This document shows, piece by piece, positions 8,015 to 18,791 of a stretch of DNA of 64,000 nt (the stretch's first letter is position 1; every line of letters begins with the position of its first letter). Source of the stretch: Deltaproteobacteria bacterium GWA2_38_16 (GTDB lineage: Bacteria > Bdellovibrionota > JACOXK01 > 2-02-FULL-40-11); assembly GCA_001797335.1 (NCBI GenBank), contig MGPE01000002.1, positions 264,538-328,537 on the forward strand, read 5' to 3'. The translations under genes and the position numbers were made by a program. The notes beneath the pieces were generated by a model. That model saw only the letters and a program-made list of their open reading frames with translations. It ran no database searches and was not told the origin of the DNA.

Positions 8015-9814
8015 GTGCGGTTTTTTCGTTATTTTTTAAGTTCTTTTCTCCTCTTTTATATTACTTCGTTTGCCCAAGCTCAGACCTTAAATTGTACAAA
8101 CGTAGACACCTATTTAAAGCTCTTAGCCAATAGTCATTTTTCCTTGACTGAATCGACTCTTAAAACCCTTGAAAAAAATGCAGCCATCTCTCTTTTAGAA
8201 GATACTGCCGCTCAGCAAACACTTCAAAATACGGGGGGCACGTACAAAGCTATTTGTGAAGCCTTCGTTCGACTTTCAGGGATTTCCAATCCCCAAAATT
8301 CTTTTTATGAAAAATTCCTCACTAAAACTCTTGATGAAGTAGATCCCCATACCAATTTTTTTGATGAACCCGAAGCCAAGAAATTTTCAGATAGCCTTCA
8401 GGGAGAATTTGAAGGTCTAGGGATTACCTTTAAAGCGCAGGGAGAAAATGGCCATGGGCCTTTTCGAATTTACGCCGTTATCCCTGGATCTCCTGCGGCG
8501 ATACGAGGCTTACAAGTAGATGACTTGATCTTAAAAATGAATGAGCAAAATACTTCTGATCTTACTCGAGAAGAATTTCATAAAATGATTCAAGATCAAA
8601 AAGGTTCTTTTTCGCTAACCGTTCAAAGGGGAGATCTTACCTTGAGCATTCTATGCCATAAAGAACGCTTTTCTAATCCCAGTGTCAGTTATTATTTCCT
8701 CCACACCCAAGGGCTGGCCTATATTAAAATTAACATGTTTACACTTACGACGGGAGAAGAATTAGAAGGAGTTATTCAATTTCTGCAAAATATCTATGAA
8801 GATGACTTAAAAGGAATCCTCTTAGATTTAAGAGAAAACTTAGGGGGAAACCTGTCTGCTGCCATTAAAGTAGCAGATATCTTTATAGATCGAGGCCCTC
8901 TTGTTTATGCTTATAATAAAAATAATGAGCTCAGTAATACTTTCGAGGCTAGAGGGGTTGGTGTCACAACCTCCGCCCCTCTTCTTATTTTAACCAACAA
9001 TTTTTCTGCTTCCGCTTCAGAAGTGGTCACGGGAGCCCTTCAAGACTATGGACGAGCATTCGTGGTTGGAAAACCTTCTTTTGGAAAAGGCACTATTTTA
9101 GGTTTCTGGCCTCTTGAAAACACAACTCCCAATTATCATGGAGCCATTACCTTTACGACCAGTGCTTTTTTTCGTCCTTCAGGTCAAACTGTCCAATGGA
9201 ATGGGGTCACTCCAGATCTTGAAATAGAAGATCCTCAAATTACAAAACCTGTCTATGAACGAGATCACCCTAAAGCCCTTCATTTAGATCCCATCCCTCG
9301 AGAATTTAACGCTCCGTATGCGTTTAGACAAACGGCTAAAACCATTGCGTCTGCTTTTTCATTCCGAAACAATTATTCCAATTTTGAAAATAGTGATATT
9401 CAGCTTACCAAAGCCACAGATCTTTTAAAAAGAATAGCACTGATTCCCGAAGAGCCCTCTCATTTTGGGCCTCCTTTTTATTATGCTCATCCCTCTCACA
9501 GACTTCACATGAATACCGATCTTTACGAACCAGAAAGTAAATTGGTGGCTAAATTTAGCTTTAAAGTAAGAAAAAAAATGGGTAAGAAAAAAAGTTCTCC
9601 TATTCAAGAAGAAACACTTTACGAAACATTTGGATTTGTGACTGGAAACGAATTAACCTTATCCTTACAAAATACGCCGGTTGAAACATATGTCACCAAT
9701 TATCAAAATTACGGATCTGTGATTTTAGAAGTAACCATCCAAAAAAAGACAAAAGCCAATCCTGAGATTCAAACCTTTACGTACAAAACCTTTGTGCTTT
9801 TTGATCCTCTTTAA
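8015..9814 (+). CDS. S41-family C-terminal processing (tail-specific) peptidase, secreted
   Basis: Signal peptide; PDZ-like segment FRIYAVIPGSPAAIRGLQVDDLIL; S41 catalytic blocks LLDLRENLGGNL and FSASASEVVTGALQDYGRAFVVGKPSFGKGT (Ser/Lys dyad). Confidence 0.8.
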   Translation: MRFFRYFLSSFLLFYITSFAQAQTLNCTNVDTYLKLLANSHFSLTESTLKTLEKNAAISLLEDTAAQQTLQNTGGTYKAICEAFVRLSGISNPQNSFYEKFLTKTLDEVDPHTNFFDEPEAKKFSDSLQGEFEGLGITFKAQGENGHGPFRIYAVIPGSPAAIRGLQVDDLILKMNEQNTSDLTREEFHKMIQDQKGSFSLTVQRGDLTLSILCHKERFSNPSVSYYFLHTQGLAYIKINMFTLTTGEELEGVIQFLQNIYEDDLKGILLDLRENLGGNLSAAIKVADIFIDRGPLVYAYNKNNELSNTFEARGVGVTTSAPLLILTNNFSASASEVVTGALQDYGRAFVVGKPSFGKGTILGFWPLENTTPNYHGAITFTTSAFFRPSGQTVQWNGVTPDLEIEDPQITKPVYERDHPKALHLDPIPREFNAPYAFRQTAKTIASAFSFRNNYSNFENSDIQLTKATDLLKRIALIPEEPSHFGPPFYYAHPSHRLHMNTDLYEPESKLVAKFSFKVRKKMGKKKSSPIQEETLYETFGFVTGNELTLSLQNTPVETYVTNYQNYGSVILEVTIQKKTKANPEIQTFTYKTFVLFDPL

Positions 9815-9816
9815 TT

Positions 9817-10668
9817 TTAAAAGAGAGCATCTAGAATTATCACACAAAAAAGAAGCATTAAGTAGCCAATGGAATACTGAAAAAGTCTTTTAGCCAATAC
9901 TACCGTTTTTTCCGTATATAATCGAAAGGCCATCCACACAAACATCATTCCTAAAAGAAGCGCTAAAACCACATAGAAAGCTCCCAGATTTTTTGAAAAA
10001 TATAAACATAAAGACAAAGGTACCAACACCGCAGAGTAATAAAAAATCTGTTCTCGAGTCGCTTCATCCCCTTTCACCAGTGGCATCATAGGATACGATA
10101 CTTTTTGATAATCCTCTTTGTAACACAGTGCCAAAGACCAAAAATGCGGAGGCGTCCACAAAAATATGATTAAAAACATGACCCACGCTTCCCATCCCAA
10201 CGTTCCTGTCGCCGCTGCCCAACCAATAAGAGGCCCCATGGCTCCCCCTGCTCCACCAATGACAATATTATAAGGTGTTTTAGGTTTTAACCACAGCGTG
10301 TAATAAAAACTATAAAACACAATCGTAAAGAACCCTAAAAAACTCGAAAAAATTCCTCCAAAATACCACAGTATAAAAATCCCCAAAATTCCTGTCACCA
10401 CACTAAAGATCAACGCATGAAAAGGGGTGATTTTTCCCAAAGGGAGTGGTCTTTTTTTGGCCGTTCGTTCCATCTGTTTATCAATATCTCTTTCAAAATA
10501 TTGATTAAAACTATTAGCCGATCCCCCAGTTAAAAAAATTCCGGATACAATGATAAAAAGAGTAAAGGGTTTTTCCCACAAACTCTTCTCTACGAGTAAA
10601 GCTGCAAAGCCTGTAATGGCAAAGAGTAAACTAATTCTGGGTTTTGTTAAATTAAGATAATCTCGCAT
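9817..10668 (-). CDS. ctaB: protoheme IX farnesyltransferase (heme O synthase)
   Basis: UbiA-family polytopic protein 283 aa; last gene of the cytochrome oxidase operon, overlapping ctaA by 17 nt. Confidence 0.8.
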   Translation of the reverse strand: MRDYLNLTKPRISLLFAITGFAALLVEKSLWEKPFTLFIIVSGIFLTGGSANSFNQYFERDIDKQMERTAKKRPLPLGKITPFHALIFSVVTGILGIFILWYFGGIFSSFLGFFTIVFYSFYYTLWLKPKTPYNIVIGGAGGAMGPLIGWAAATGTLGWEAWVMFLIIFLWTPPHFWSLALCYKEDYQKVSYPMMPLVKGDEATREQIFYYSAVLVPLSLCLYFSKNLGAFYVVLALLLGMMFVWMAFRLYTEKTVVLAKRLFQYSIGYLMLLFCVIILDALF

Positions 10669-11527
10669 ATGTTATTTTATACGCTGTTACTAAAGCCATT
10701 GAAAAAAGAGCTGTCGCTACGGCTAAATGCGCCACACTCACCAGTAGAGGTAATTTAAAAAGCACATTTGAAATTCCCAAGCCCAGTTGAAGAAAGGTTA
10801 AGATGAGTAACACTTTAACCGATGTTTTAAACTTGGGATCTTCTACGCTTTTTGAAATCAGCCATAGCCCAACCATCGCTGCCAAGATCACATAGGCAAT
10901 CAGACGATGAAAAAAATGATAAGCCACGGTTCCAATGAGCGGAGGAATCCATTGGCCTAAGCACGTGGGAAAATCTGGACACGCAAGCCCTGCATGAGAA
11001 GAGCTCACCAACGTTCCTAAAATGAGCTGAGCAAAAATAAGTGCTACCATAAACCAGATTCCTCGTACTATCGCACTCGGAATGACATTTTCTGACGGTC
11101 TCATGACGTAATGAGCATCACTGATTTTTAAAAGCATGATAATAAGACAGGAAAAAAATAAAGTTCCCACCGCCACATGCACCGTTACAAAATGAGGATG
11201 CAAAAGCTGCTTTACTGTCAAAGCTCCTAAAATAACTTGAAGAATCAATAAAGGAAGGGCAATTCCTGCCCAAATCCCACTCTTTTTTCGATACTCTTCA
11301 GAAGAAAATATTTTTATTCCAATCCCTAACGTCAGAAATCCCACAATGGCTGCAATCAGCCGATGTCCCCATTCTAAGAGGACTAAAGTATCCATGGGGG
11401 GGATGATTTTTCCATGGCATAGGGGCCAATCAGGGCAGGCCAGACCCGCTCCATGGGTTCTGACAAGACTCCCCCACACAAAAAGAATGAAAACCAGCAC
11501 AATGTCTAGGGTTAATAATTTTTTCAT
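10652..11527 (-). CDS. ctaA: heme A synthase (COX15/CtaA family)
   Basis: 8-TM protein with two Cys pairs in the extracytoplasmic loops (ACPDWPLCHG and ACPDFPTCLG) and conserved His in helices (HRL, HF); lies between oxidase subunit genes and ctaB. Confidence 0.75.
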   Translation of the reverse strand: MKKLLTLDIVLVFILFVWGSLVRTHGAGLACPDWPLCHGKIIPPMDTLVLLEWGHRLIAAIVGFLTLGIGIKIFSSEEYRKKSGIWAGIALPLLILQVILGALTVKQLLHPHFVTVHVAVGTLFFSCLIIMLLKISDAHYVMRPSENVIPSAIVRGIWFMVALIFAQLILGTLVSSSHAGLACPDFPTCLGQWIPPLIGTVAYHFFHRLIAYVILAAMVGLWLISKSVEDPKFKTSVKVLLILTFLQLGLGISNVLFKLPLLVSVAHLAVATALFSMALVTAYKITYARLS

Positions 11528-11790
11528 TATCTCAAAAAAACATCGGCACCGGTTAAGCCGATAAAAATAGCTAAAAATATAAAGGCAGAAATAAACACAA
11601 CCTGGTTAAATTTATTATCATACTTTAAATGCATGAAGTAAAGACAAACCAGACTGGCTTTAATGGAGGCAATGGCCATAGCAACCACAATATTAAAAAT
11701 TCCAAAATTAAAATAAGAGGTAGTAACGGTAATCACCGTTAGAATTAAAAGGCTTACCACTACTGCCAAATATGTTTTTTCATGATTCAT
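11527..11790 (-). CDS. cytochrome c oxidase subunit IV (small prokaryotic COX4 family)
   Basis: 87 aa, 3 TM helices, immediately after ctaE in the operon, as in caa3-type oxidases. Confidence 0.5.
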   Translation of the reverse strand: MNHEKTYLAVVVSLLILTVITVTTSYFNFGIFNIVVAMAIASIKASLVCLYFMHLKYDNKFNQVVFISAFIFLAIFIGLTGADVFLR

Positions 11791-11794
11791 ATTT

Positions 11795-12427
11795 TCATCC
11801 TATCAAATATAAAAGTGGAAATAAATAAATCCAGATTAAATCCACCAAGTGCCAATAAATCCCCGTCATCTCAACCGGAGTATGGTAGGATTCATCAAAA
11901 TCCCCTCTTCTGGTTCTCACCATGACCCAAAAAATAAGCCCCATCCCGACCAGGACATGAAGCCCATGCAGTCCCGTCATCATAAAATAAAGAGAAAAAA
12001 ATAAGGGGGCTTTCGGATGCGAAATTTCATCAAAAGAAAAATGGATGCCTGGCAATAGCCCTTCGTGAATTTTATGACTATATTCCATATATTTAATCGT
12101 CATAAAGATAAGTCCACAAATAAAGGTGATTAAAAGGAGCTTTAGAGCTCTTTGAGAGTCATTATGTTTTGCACGGCTCACCGCCATGGCCATCGTAAAA
12201 CTACTGCAAATAAGAACGACGGTATTCATGGCCCCCATTACCTTATTTAAATGAAGACTCGCCTCATGAAACATCTCCGGATATAATCCACGATTCATAA
12301 TATAAATGACAAAAAGCCCCCCAAAGAGCAAAATTTCTGTCACCAAAAATAACCACACCCCCAATTTTGAAGCTTCATAGGCTTGCTTTGCATCATCAAA
12401 ATGAGAGGGTATTGTATGTTTTGTCAT
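11795..12427 (-). CDS. ctaE: cytochrome c oxidase subunit III
   Basis: 210 aa polytopic protein; overlaps the ctaD stop by 4 nt; composition and length typical of short caa3 subunit III. Confidence 0.8.
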   Translation of the reverse strand: MTKHTIPSHFDDAKQAYEASKLGVWLFLVTEILLFGGLFVIYIMNRGLYPEMFHEASLHLNKVMGAMNTVVLICSSFTMAMAVSRAKHNDSQRALKLLLITFICGLIFMTIKYMEYSHKIHEGLLPGIHFSFDEISHPKAPLFFSLYFMMTGLHGLHVLVGMGLIFWVMVRTRRGDFDESYHTPVEMTGIYWHLVDLIWIYLFPLLYLIG

Positions 12428-14007
12428 GATTTTAAAACTCCATATTGATAAGGTCCTTCAATCACCTGAGGAGTTTCATCAAAATTATGCATCGTCGGAG
12501 GAGAAGGCAGTTGCCACTCTAAAGTTTTTGCACCCCAGGGATTATTTTCAGCCTTTTTCCCTTTGAAGAGAGAATAAATCAAATAGGCAAACATCAGCAA
12601 AAACCCCACATTAATGAGCCACGAGCCTACCGTGGACACCTGATTTAAGAAGGTAAAGTTTTGGGCATATTCATGATATCGCCTAGGCATTCCCAGCTTT
12701 CCAAGATAAAACTGAGGTAAAAATGTTACGTTAAATCCTACAAAAATGAAAAACCAAGAAATTTTTCCTAAAATTTCTGGGTACATTCGGCCAAACATTT
12801 TTGGCCACCAATAATGAAGGCCCGCCAAAAATCCCATGACCGTCCCCCCCATCATCACATAGTGGAAATGGGCCACCACAAAATAGGTATCATGAAGATG
12901 CACATCCACCGACAATGCCGCTAAAAATAATCCGGTCAACCCCCCGATGGTAAACAGAAAAATAAAAGAAAGTGCATAGAGCATGGGGGTTTGAAGGTGA
13001 ATAGAGCCCTTGTACATCGTTGCTGTCCAGTTAAAAATTTTAATAGCCGTGGGAATAGCTACCAACATTGTAAGAAGAGAAAATAAAAAATTCGCCCATT
13101 GAGATTCTCCACTCACAAACATGTGATGCCCCCACACTAAAAAACTAATAAAAGCAATGGCGAGCGACGAATACGCAATGGCTTTATATCCAAAAATATG
13201 TTTTCTAGAAAAAACAGTAATCACTTCGCTAATAATTCCCATCGCAGGAAGTATCATAATGTAGACAGCCGGATGAGAATAAAACCAAAAGAAATGTTGA
13301 AATAAAATAGGATCCCCTCCTAATTGAGGATCAAAAAATCCAATGCCTAATACTCTTTCCATCACTAAAAGAAGAGTCGTAATCCCAATCACAGGTGTAG
13401 CCAGCACTTGAATAATGGCGGTAGCATAAATGGCCCACACAAAAAGAGGCATTCGGTGAAAGGTCATCCCAGGCGCTCTTAATTTATGAACCGTCACCAT
13501 AAAATTAAGTCCAGTCAAAATTGAAGAAAACCCCATTACAAAAACACCCAGGGTTACTAAGATCACACTGGTTTGGGTACGAATGCTATAGGGAGTGTAA
13601 AAAGTCCATCCTGTATCGACTCCTCCTGTAACCAGTGCCAATGCGGCCAAGAGAGCTCCACCCACAAAAATATAATAACTGGCTAGATTCAGCCGTGGAA
13701 ATGCAACATCTTTAGCGCCGATCAAAATAGGTAAAAAGAAATTTCCCAACGCCGCTGGAATCACCGGAATAATAAACATAAAAATCATAATAGCGCCGTG
13801 AAACGTAAAAAATTTATTATAGACATCTGCAGAAAATAAAGGCCCCGGGCTAAATAATTCTACCCGAATGAGTATCGCAAAAATGCCCCCAATGGCTAAA
13901 AAGATAAGATTAGTTAAAAGATACATCACTCCAATGCGCTTATGATCACGTGTCGTAAACCAAGACCAAAATCCGCCTTCTTCTAAATAATTTGCATGAC
14001 TCATCAC
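12424..14007 (-). CDS. ctaD: cytochrome c oxidase subunit I (heme-copper oxidase catalytic subunit)
   Basis: 527 aa; hallmark motifs WFFGHP-like ([19 protein letters not shown]), the HH pair ([11 protein letters not shown]) and the CuB His ligands. Confidence 0.95.
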   Translation of the reverse strand: MMSHANYLEEGGFWSWFTTRDHKRIGVMYLLTNLIFLAIGGIFAILIRVELFSPGPLFSADVYNKFFTFHGAIMIFMFIIPVIPAALGNFFLPILIGAKDVAFPRLNLASYYIFVGGALLAALALVTGGVDTGWTFYTPYSIRTQTSVILVTLGVFVMGFSSILTGLNFMVTVHKLRAPGMTFHRMPLFVWAIYATAIIQVLATPVIGITTLLLVMERVLGIGFFDPQLGGDPILFQHFFWFYSHPAVYIMILPAMGIISEVITVFSRKHIFGYKAIAYSSLAIAFISFLVWGHHMFVSGESQWANFLFSLLTMLVAIPTAIKIFNWTATMYKGSIHLQTPMLYALSFIFLFTIGGLTGLFLAALSVDVHLHDTYFVVAHFHYVMMGGTVMGFLAGLHYWWPKMFGRMYPEILGKISWFFIFVGFNVTFLPQFYLGKLGMPRRYHEYAQNFTFLNQVSTVGSWLINVGFLLMFAYLIYSLFKGKKAENNPWGAKTLEWQLPSPPTMHNFDETPQVIEGPYQYGVLKS

Positions 14008-14014
14008 TCTTTCC

Positions 14015-14938
14015 TCATTTTAAATTTTTAATATAGACAATCAAGGCATTCACCTCTTCATCGGTAAGCGTTCCTTGAAAGGTCGGCATAGCCGGAGGGA
14101 ATCCTTTAACCACCTTGGCTTGAGGCTGCATCAAAGACTCACGAATGTAATTTTCATCTCGCGCCACCTTTTTTCCTCCCTCTAATTCCACTTCTTTTCC
14201 AAAAATTCCAAAAAGTCCTGGCCCCACCAATTTTTGAGTCGTTATAGCATGACAGGTATTACACATTTTTTGAGAAAAAAGCTCTTTTCCCCATTCTTGA
14301 GGATTTTTAGAAACCGCGGGTATTGAAGGAGTTGTTTTTTTCCATTGTTGAAACTCTTCGGCATTCACCACTTTCACCATACCCAACATTTTAGAATGCC
14401 CTGTCCCACAAAATTCCGCACATAAGATGGAATGTTCTCCCAGTTGTGTCGCCGTAAACCAAAGTGTCGTATATTGCCCTGGCACAACATCTTGTTTCAC
14501 TCTAAAATTGGGCACAAAAAAGCTATGGATCACATCGCTTGACGTCATGATGAGCTTTACAGGCTGATTCAGGGGAACCACCAGTTCATTGGTGAGTTTT
14601 CGCCCTTCAGGATATTGAAATTCCCAAAACCATTGTTTGGCTAACACTTGAATCTCTAAAGAATCCGAGGGAGCTTTTAAGAGTTTTTTATAATCCACCC
14701 ATCCCCACACAAAAATCACCATGACCACAATCAATAATCCAACACTCACAGAAATTTCCATGAGGTGATGCCCCGTAATATAGGGAGTTTTAAAGGGATC
14801 TCGCCTAGTGCGATGATATCGAATCGCAAAATAAATCATCGCCCCAATGACCAAAGCAAAACTAATCAAAGAAAACCAAAAGATATTATTAAAAAGAATA
14901 TCGAAGTTTTTGGCAAGGGTAGAAGCTTGAGGGAGCAT
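14015..14938 (-). CDS. ctaC: cytochrome c oxidase subunit II with fused C-terminal cytochrome c domain (caa3-type)
   Basis: CuA site HSFFVPNF...[12 protein letters not shown]; C-terminal CNTCHAIT heme c binding motif (CxxCH). Confidence 0.9.
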   Translation of the reverse strand: MLPQASTLAKNFDILFNNIFWFSLISFALVIGAMIYFAIRYHRTRRDPFKTPYITGHHLMEISVSVGLLIVVMVIFVWGWVDYKKLLKAPSDSLEIQVLAKQWFWEFQYPEGRKLTNELVVPLNQPVKLIMTSSDVIHSFFVPNFRVKQDVVPGQYTTLWFTATQLGEHSILCAEFCGTGHSKMLGMVKVVNAEEFQQWKKTTPSIPAVSKNPQEWGKELFSQKMCNTCHAITTQKLVGPGLFGIFGKEVELEGGKKVARDENYIRESLMQPQAKVVKGFPPAMPTFQGTLTDEEVNALIVYIKNLK

Positions 14939-14941
14939 GAA

Positions 14942-15715
14942 TTATAGGATCTTTCTTCTCTGTCTTAATAAAAATATCAATGCCATCATCATCACAATTA
15001 CGGTTATTGCACCAGCGGCACTCATGAATCGAGTGGCAAAGAGTGCATATTTACGGCCTAAAGGATCATAGTGGTAGCAAAAGAGAAGAAGCTTGTCAAC
15101 GACACTGCCTATTTTCCCTTGGGAAGCTTCCAACAAAGCTAATTTTAAATCTAATGATTTAAATTCAATACCATACAGATACCGAGAAATCCTTCCATCG
15201 GGAGTTAAAATAGAAATCACCGAAGGATGAGCATATTCTTTTTGTCTTTCATCATAGCGATAGTGAAATCCTACGACCTCGGTCAACTGCTTAATATTTT
15301 CTTCTTTTCCAACCAAGAAATGAAAATCAGAAGTTAATTTTAAATTTTCTTTTTTTTGAATGGCTTCTCGAGAGGTTTCTCTGGGATCAAAACTCACAGC
15401 AACCACTTCAAATTCTTTCCCCACACCCCAAGAAAAATTTTTTAAAGAATTTAAAAACCCATTCAAAAGATAATGACAAATATTGGGGCAATTGTAATAA
15501 ACCAGAAGAAGAATGACAGGACGTTTTCCGTCAAAAAATTTCTGTAGCTGAACAACCTCTCCTTTTTCATCTATAAAGGACGTATCTAGTAAAATTTTTT
15601 GTCCCAAGTGTTCTTCAATCCCCACATCTTTAAGTTCGATAGGGATTTGCTCTGCTGCCATACTCACAAAGGGAATAAAAAAGATAAAAATAATAAAAAA
15701 TTTATTTAAATACAT
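14942..15715 (-). CDS. SCO1/SenC-family copper chaperone (oxidase CuA assembly)
   Basis: N-terminal membrane anchor then thioredoxin-like domain with the YYNCPNICH copper-binding CxxxC motif and a downstream conserved His; first gene of the oxidase operon. Confidence 0.8.
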   Translation of the reverse strand: MYLNKFFIIFIFFIPFVSMAAEQIPIELKDVGIEEHLGQKILLDTSFIDEKGEVVQLQKFFDGKRPVILLLVYYNCPNICHYLLNGFLNSLKNFSWGVGKEFEVVAVSFDPRETSREAIQKKENLKLTSDFHFLVGKEENIKQLTEVVGFHYRYDERQKEYAHPSVISILTPDGRISRYLYGIEFKSLDLKLALLEASQGKIGSVVDKLLLFCYHYDPLGRKYALFATRFMSAAGAITVIVMMMALIFLLRQRRKIL

Positions 15716-16670
15716 CTCTTATAAATTCTACATCTTCATTAGACAAAGGGCAATTTGCCCCAGCCAAATTGGCCTCCACCTGCCGTTGATTTCGAAATCC
15801 CGGGATTACACACGAAACCACCTCATTGTGAAGCAAATACTGAAGCGCTGCCCTAGAGAGATCGGGAATGGTTTCTCCAAACCGGGATTTTAATTTTTGA
15901 ATTTTGGGTTCTAATTCTTTTAATGCTTCTTTTTTAAATCTAGACTGACTAAGACGAATATCTCCACTTTGAAATTGAGGTGGACTCTCAGCCTTATATT
16001 TTCCCAATAAAAGCCCTTGTGCCAGGGGACTAAACACCACATATGTCATTTTGCCATCGGTCATCATTTTGTGAAGACGCGTACCCTCTCGAATATAATG
16101 ATCATCCAAGATTGAGGCCCAACTTTGAATCACCTGAGGCTTTACTTTTGGGATCACCCGACAAATCGCATCTGCCGAATAATCGGATTGTCCTATTACC
16201 CGCACCTTACCCTCTTCTTTGAGTCGACCCATCATCTCAATTGCTTCATCCAAGTAACAATCTTTAGGACCAAAATTAGCATTATGGAAATAATAAATAT
16301 CGATATGATCCCGTTTTAAATTCTTAAGCGACTGTTCGCATTGATGACGAATATGGGCTGGTTCATAGGCATGTTCAGCAGTTCCTAAAAAATATCCAAT
16401 TTTAGTCGCAATAATAACATCCTTTGATTTATCCCCCAATGCTTTGGCCAACAGTCTTTCTGCTCGACCATTGCCATAGATATCGGCATTATCAAAATGA
16501 TTCACCCCTTGATCCAGTGCATAGTAAACCGCTTGAATCGCTTGGGCTTCATCCACATTGGCCCAGCCGCAGGAGACTCCTTGATTCCAATTAAGGCCTC
16601 CTAACGTCCAACACCCTAAACTAATTTCTGAAACTTCAACATCTGTCGTTCCAATTCTTCTATATTTCAT
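15702..16670 (-). CDS. aldo/keto reductase
   Basis: MKYRRIGTTDVEVSEISLGCW AKR N-terminus; DNADIYG...KIG and IGQSDY motifs. Start moved from the ORF-track 16712 to ATG 16670, which has an aaagga RBS. The 3' end overlaps the SCO1 start by 14 nt. Confidence 0.85.
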   Translation of the reverse strand: MKYRRIGTTDVEVSEISLGCWTLGGLNWNQGVSCGWANVDEAQAIQAVYYALDQGVNHFDNADIYGNGRAERLLAKALGDKSKDVIIATKIGYFLGTAEHAYEPAHIRHQCEQSLKNLKRDHIDIYYFHNANFGPKDCYLDEAIEMMGRLKEEGKVRVIGQSDYSADAICRVIPKVKPQVIQSWASILDDHYIREGTRLHKMMTDGKMTYVVFSPLAQGLLLGKYKAESPPQFQSGDIRLSQSRFKKEALKELEPKIQKLKSRFGETIPDLSRAALQYLLHNEVVSCVIPGFRNQRQVEANLAGANCPLSNEDVEFIRDVFK

Positions 16671-16786
16671 ATTATCCTTTCTAACATACATATTTTTTTT
16701 TACTTTACACACATATTCAAATAAAGTATTTTTTAATTAATCCTGACTTATAAGTAAGGTTTCGGGGTAAGTAAAGGAGAAAAAAT

Positions 16787-17101
16787 ATGGCCTATGTCAT
16801 TACCGAAAAATGTCTTGCAGAGCGTTATGGTGACTGCGTTGAAGTCTGCCCCGTGGATTGTATTCATCCCGGCACTTATAAAGGCGACGTTTTTATGATT
16901 ATTGACCCTAAGGAATGCATTGATTGCGGTGCGTGTATTCCTGCCTGCCCCATTGATGCTATTGTTGATGCTGTAGATAAAGATCCTGAGTATGCCAAAA
17001 TCAATGCAGATCTCACAGAAGAATTTAAAAAGAATCCAAAAATAGAGACCCGTCCCCCGGGAGATCAGCCCCGAAAATCGACGAACAAACGCGTTTTTTA
17101 A
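16787..17101 (+). CDS. fdxA: 7Fe (3Fe-4S/4Fe-4S) ferredoxin
   Basis: [27 protein letters not shown]...[12 protein letters not shown]: the classic Azotobacter-type ferredoxin cysteine pattern; gagaaaaaatatg RBS. Confidence 0.85.
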   Translation: MAYVITEKCLAERYGDCVEVCPVDCIHPGTYKGDVFMIIDPKECIDCGACIPACPIDAIVDAVDKDPEYAKINADLTEEFKKNPKIETRPPGDQPRKSTNKRVF

Positions 17102-17234
17102 CACTTTTTTCTCTCATATAATTTTAATTATTTTTATCTTCTTTTTTCTTAAGATTTTCGTGAAATATCCGAAATAAAAGATGTAGGAAGTGGCACGTTT
17201 ATTGAAAGCATAAGATGGAGGATCATCTCGTTAT

Positions 17235-17567
17235 ATGAAGCATCAGGTAAAGCAAAAAGAGGCTAAATTTTTAGACCCCCTATATGTGATCTTTGAGAAG
17301 TATCTGTACGATTTTCCAAATGAAGATCTCGACCTCTTTATTGCAACCATTGTGAATGAATACATAGACTATCTCAATACTCACTCTGTAGCGATCCCAG
17401 ACAAAACAAAGCCCATGCTCTTAAAAGATCTGGCCGATGAAGTCTATGATATGTTTATTAAAAAAGTACATGGTTGCTTAAATCTCAAAGATTTTAGAAG
17501 CAGTGGGCGGGTCTCAAAAATTGAAAAACTCTTGGCCCAAGATCGTTATTTTAAACTTACGGGTTGA
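17235..17567 (+). CDS. hypothetical protein (110 aa)
   Basis: ORF track only; acidic, no motifs. Confidence 0.3.
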   Translation: MKHQVKQKEAKFLDPLYVIFEKYLYDFPNEDLDLFIATIVNEYIDYLNTHSVAIPDKTKPMLLKDLADEVYDMFIKKVHGCLNLKDFRSSGRVSKIEKLLAQDRYFKLTG

Positions 17568-17600
17568 CATTTATTTTCTCATTGCTTAATAATTGGCGCA

Positions 17601-18689
17601 ATGAGTCATCGTGACCCAAAAGTTGTTCATATTGTTGGAACTGGGACCATTGGCGAACCTCTGATTGGTCTTCTTTCCGATTTAAAAGAAAAGCTGGGTA
17701 TTGATGAAGTTAGTTTCCACAAAAAAACACCTCTTTTAGAAGATCGCCCCAAAATTAATAATTTAATCGACCGTGGAGCAAAACTTTGCTGTGATAAAGA
17801 TCAAAAAACGGCTTTTGAAAAATTAGGTTATCATAAACCTACCTATGAAACTGTCGAAGCCATTGACCGGGCTTCTGTTATTATTGACTGCACTCCTTCA
17901 GGTGTGGGGCATGAAAATAAACAAAAATATTATGAAAAATTTAAGCATAACACGTTAGGCTTTATTGCCCAGGGTTCTGAATTTGGTTTTGGGAAAATGT
18001 ATGCCAAAGGGATTAATGATGCCGCCCTTCTATCTGGAGAAGATCAATTTATTCAGGTTGTAAGCTGCAATACCCATAATCTAGGAGTCATTTTAAAAAC
18101 GCTAGGCTCTGATAACCAAGGAAATTTAAATAATCTAAATGAAGGCCGATTTGTCTTGATGAGACGGGCCAATGATATTAGCCAGGATAAAGATTTTAAT
18201 CCTTCCCCTAAAGCAGGCAAACATTCCGATGAACAATTTGGAACCCATCATGCCAGAGATGCCTATCATCTTTTAAAAACGCTTGGGTATGAACTAAATA
18301 TTTTTTCTTCGGCCATTAAAATTAATACCCAGTATATGCACTCTTTGTGGTTTAATTTAAGATTAAATAAAGCCATTTCAAAAGAAGAAGCCGTGCAAAG
18401 ACTCATTGAACATCCTTTGGTCTCTGTGACGTATAAAACATCGGCTGGGCAAATTTTTTCATTTGGAAGAGATCATGGCTATTATGGAAGAATTTTAACA
18501 CAAACGGTTGTGAGTCTCCCCACCTTGTCTATCATCAATGGCGGAAAAGAAGTCGTTGGATTCTGTTTTACCCCTCAAGATGGGAATTCACTTTTGAGTA
18601 CCATTTCTGCCACCATACGCTTTTTATATTCAGATTCTTACGAGAAAAAACTCGATCTCTTCAAACCCTATTGTTTTAAAGAAGTGTAG
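17601..18689 (+). CDS. type II (archaeal-type) glyceraldehyde-3-phosphate dehydrogenase-like NAD(P) oxidoreductase
   Basis: N-terminal Rossmann VHIVGTGTIGEPL; active-site block VVSCNTHNLG matches the archaeal/type II GAPDH S-C-N-T-T signature rather than bacterial ASCTTN; length 362 aa. Confidence 0.5.
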   Translation: MSHRDPKVVHIVGTGTIGEPLIGLLSDLKEKLGIDEVSFHKKTPLLEDRPKINNLIDRGAKLCCDKDQKTAFEKLGYHKPTYETVEAIDRASVIIDCTPSGVGHENKQKYYEKFKHNTLGFIAQGSEFGFGKMYAKGINDAALLSGEDQFIQVVSCNTHNLGVILKTLGSDNQGNLNNLNEGRFVLMRRANDISQDKDFNPSPKAGKHSDEQFGTHHARDAYHLLKTLGYELNIFSSAIKINTQYMHSLWFNLRLNKAISKEEAVQRLIEHPLVSVTYKTSAGQIFSFGRDHGYYGRILTQTVVSLPTLSIINGGKEVVGFCFTPQDGNSLLSTISATIRFLYSDSYEKKLDLFKPYCFKEV

Positions 18690-18791
18690 TTTTTAATGAT
18701 ATTTTAATCTAAAAATTATTTTTCTACTTTGTTCTTTATTTTATTTTTTTTGATTTATAATTGTAAATAGTTGCACGTTTATGGAGAAAGT

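Noticed and set aside
9812-9819. Tail-to-tail junction of the S41 protease and ctaB with only 2 nt between stops and no terminator
   Set aside because: Noted as a curiosity (included under the oxidase-operon finding); convergent genes without an intervening terminator are not rare in compact genomes.
16748-17104. 118-aa minus-strand ORF fully overlapping the ferredoxin gene
   Set aside because: It is antisense to a strongly supported, highly conserved 7Fe ferredoxin with RBS and has no motifs: a shadow ORF.
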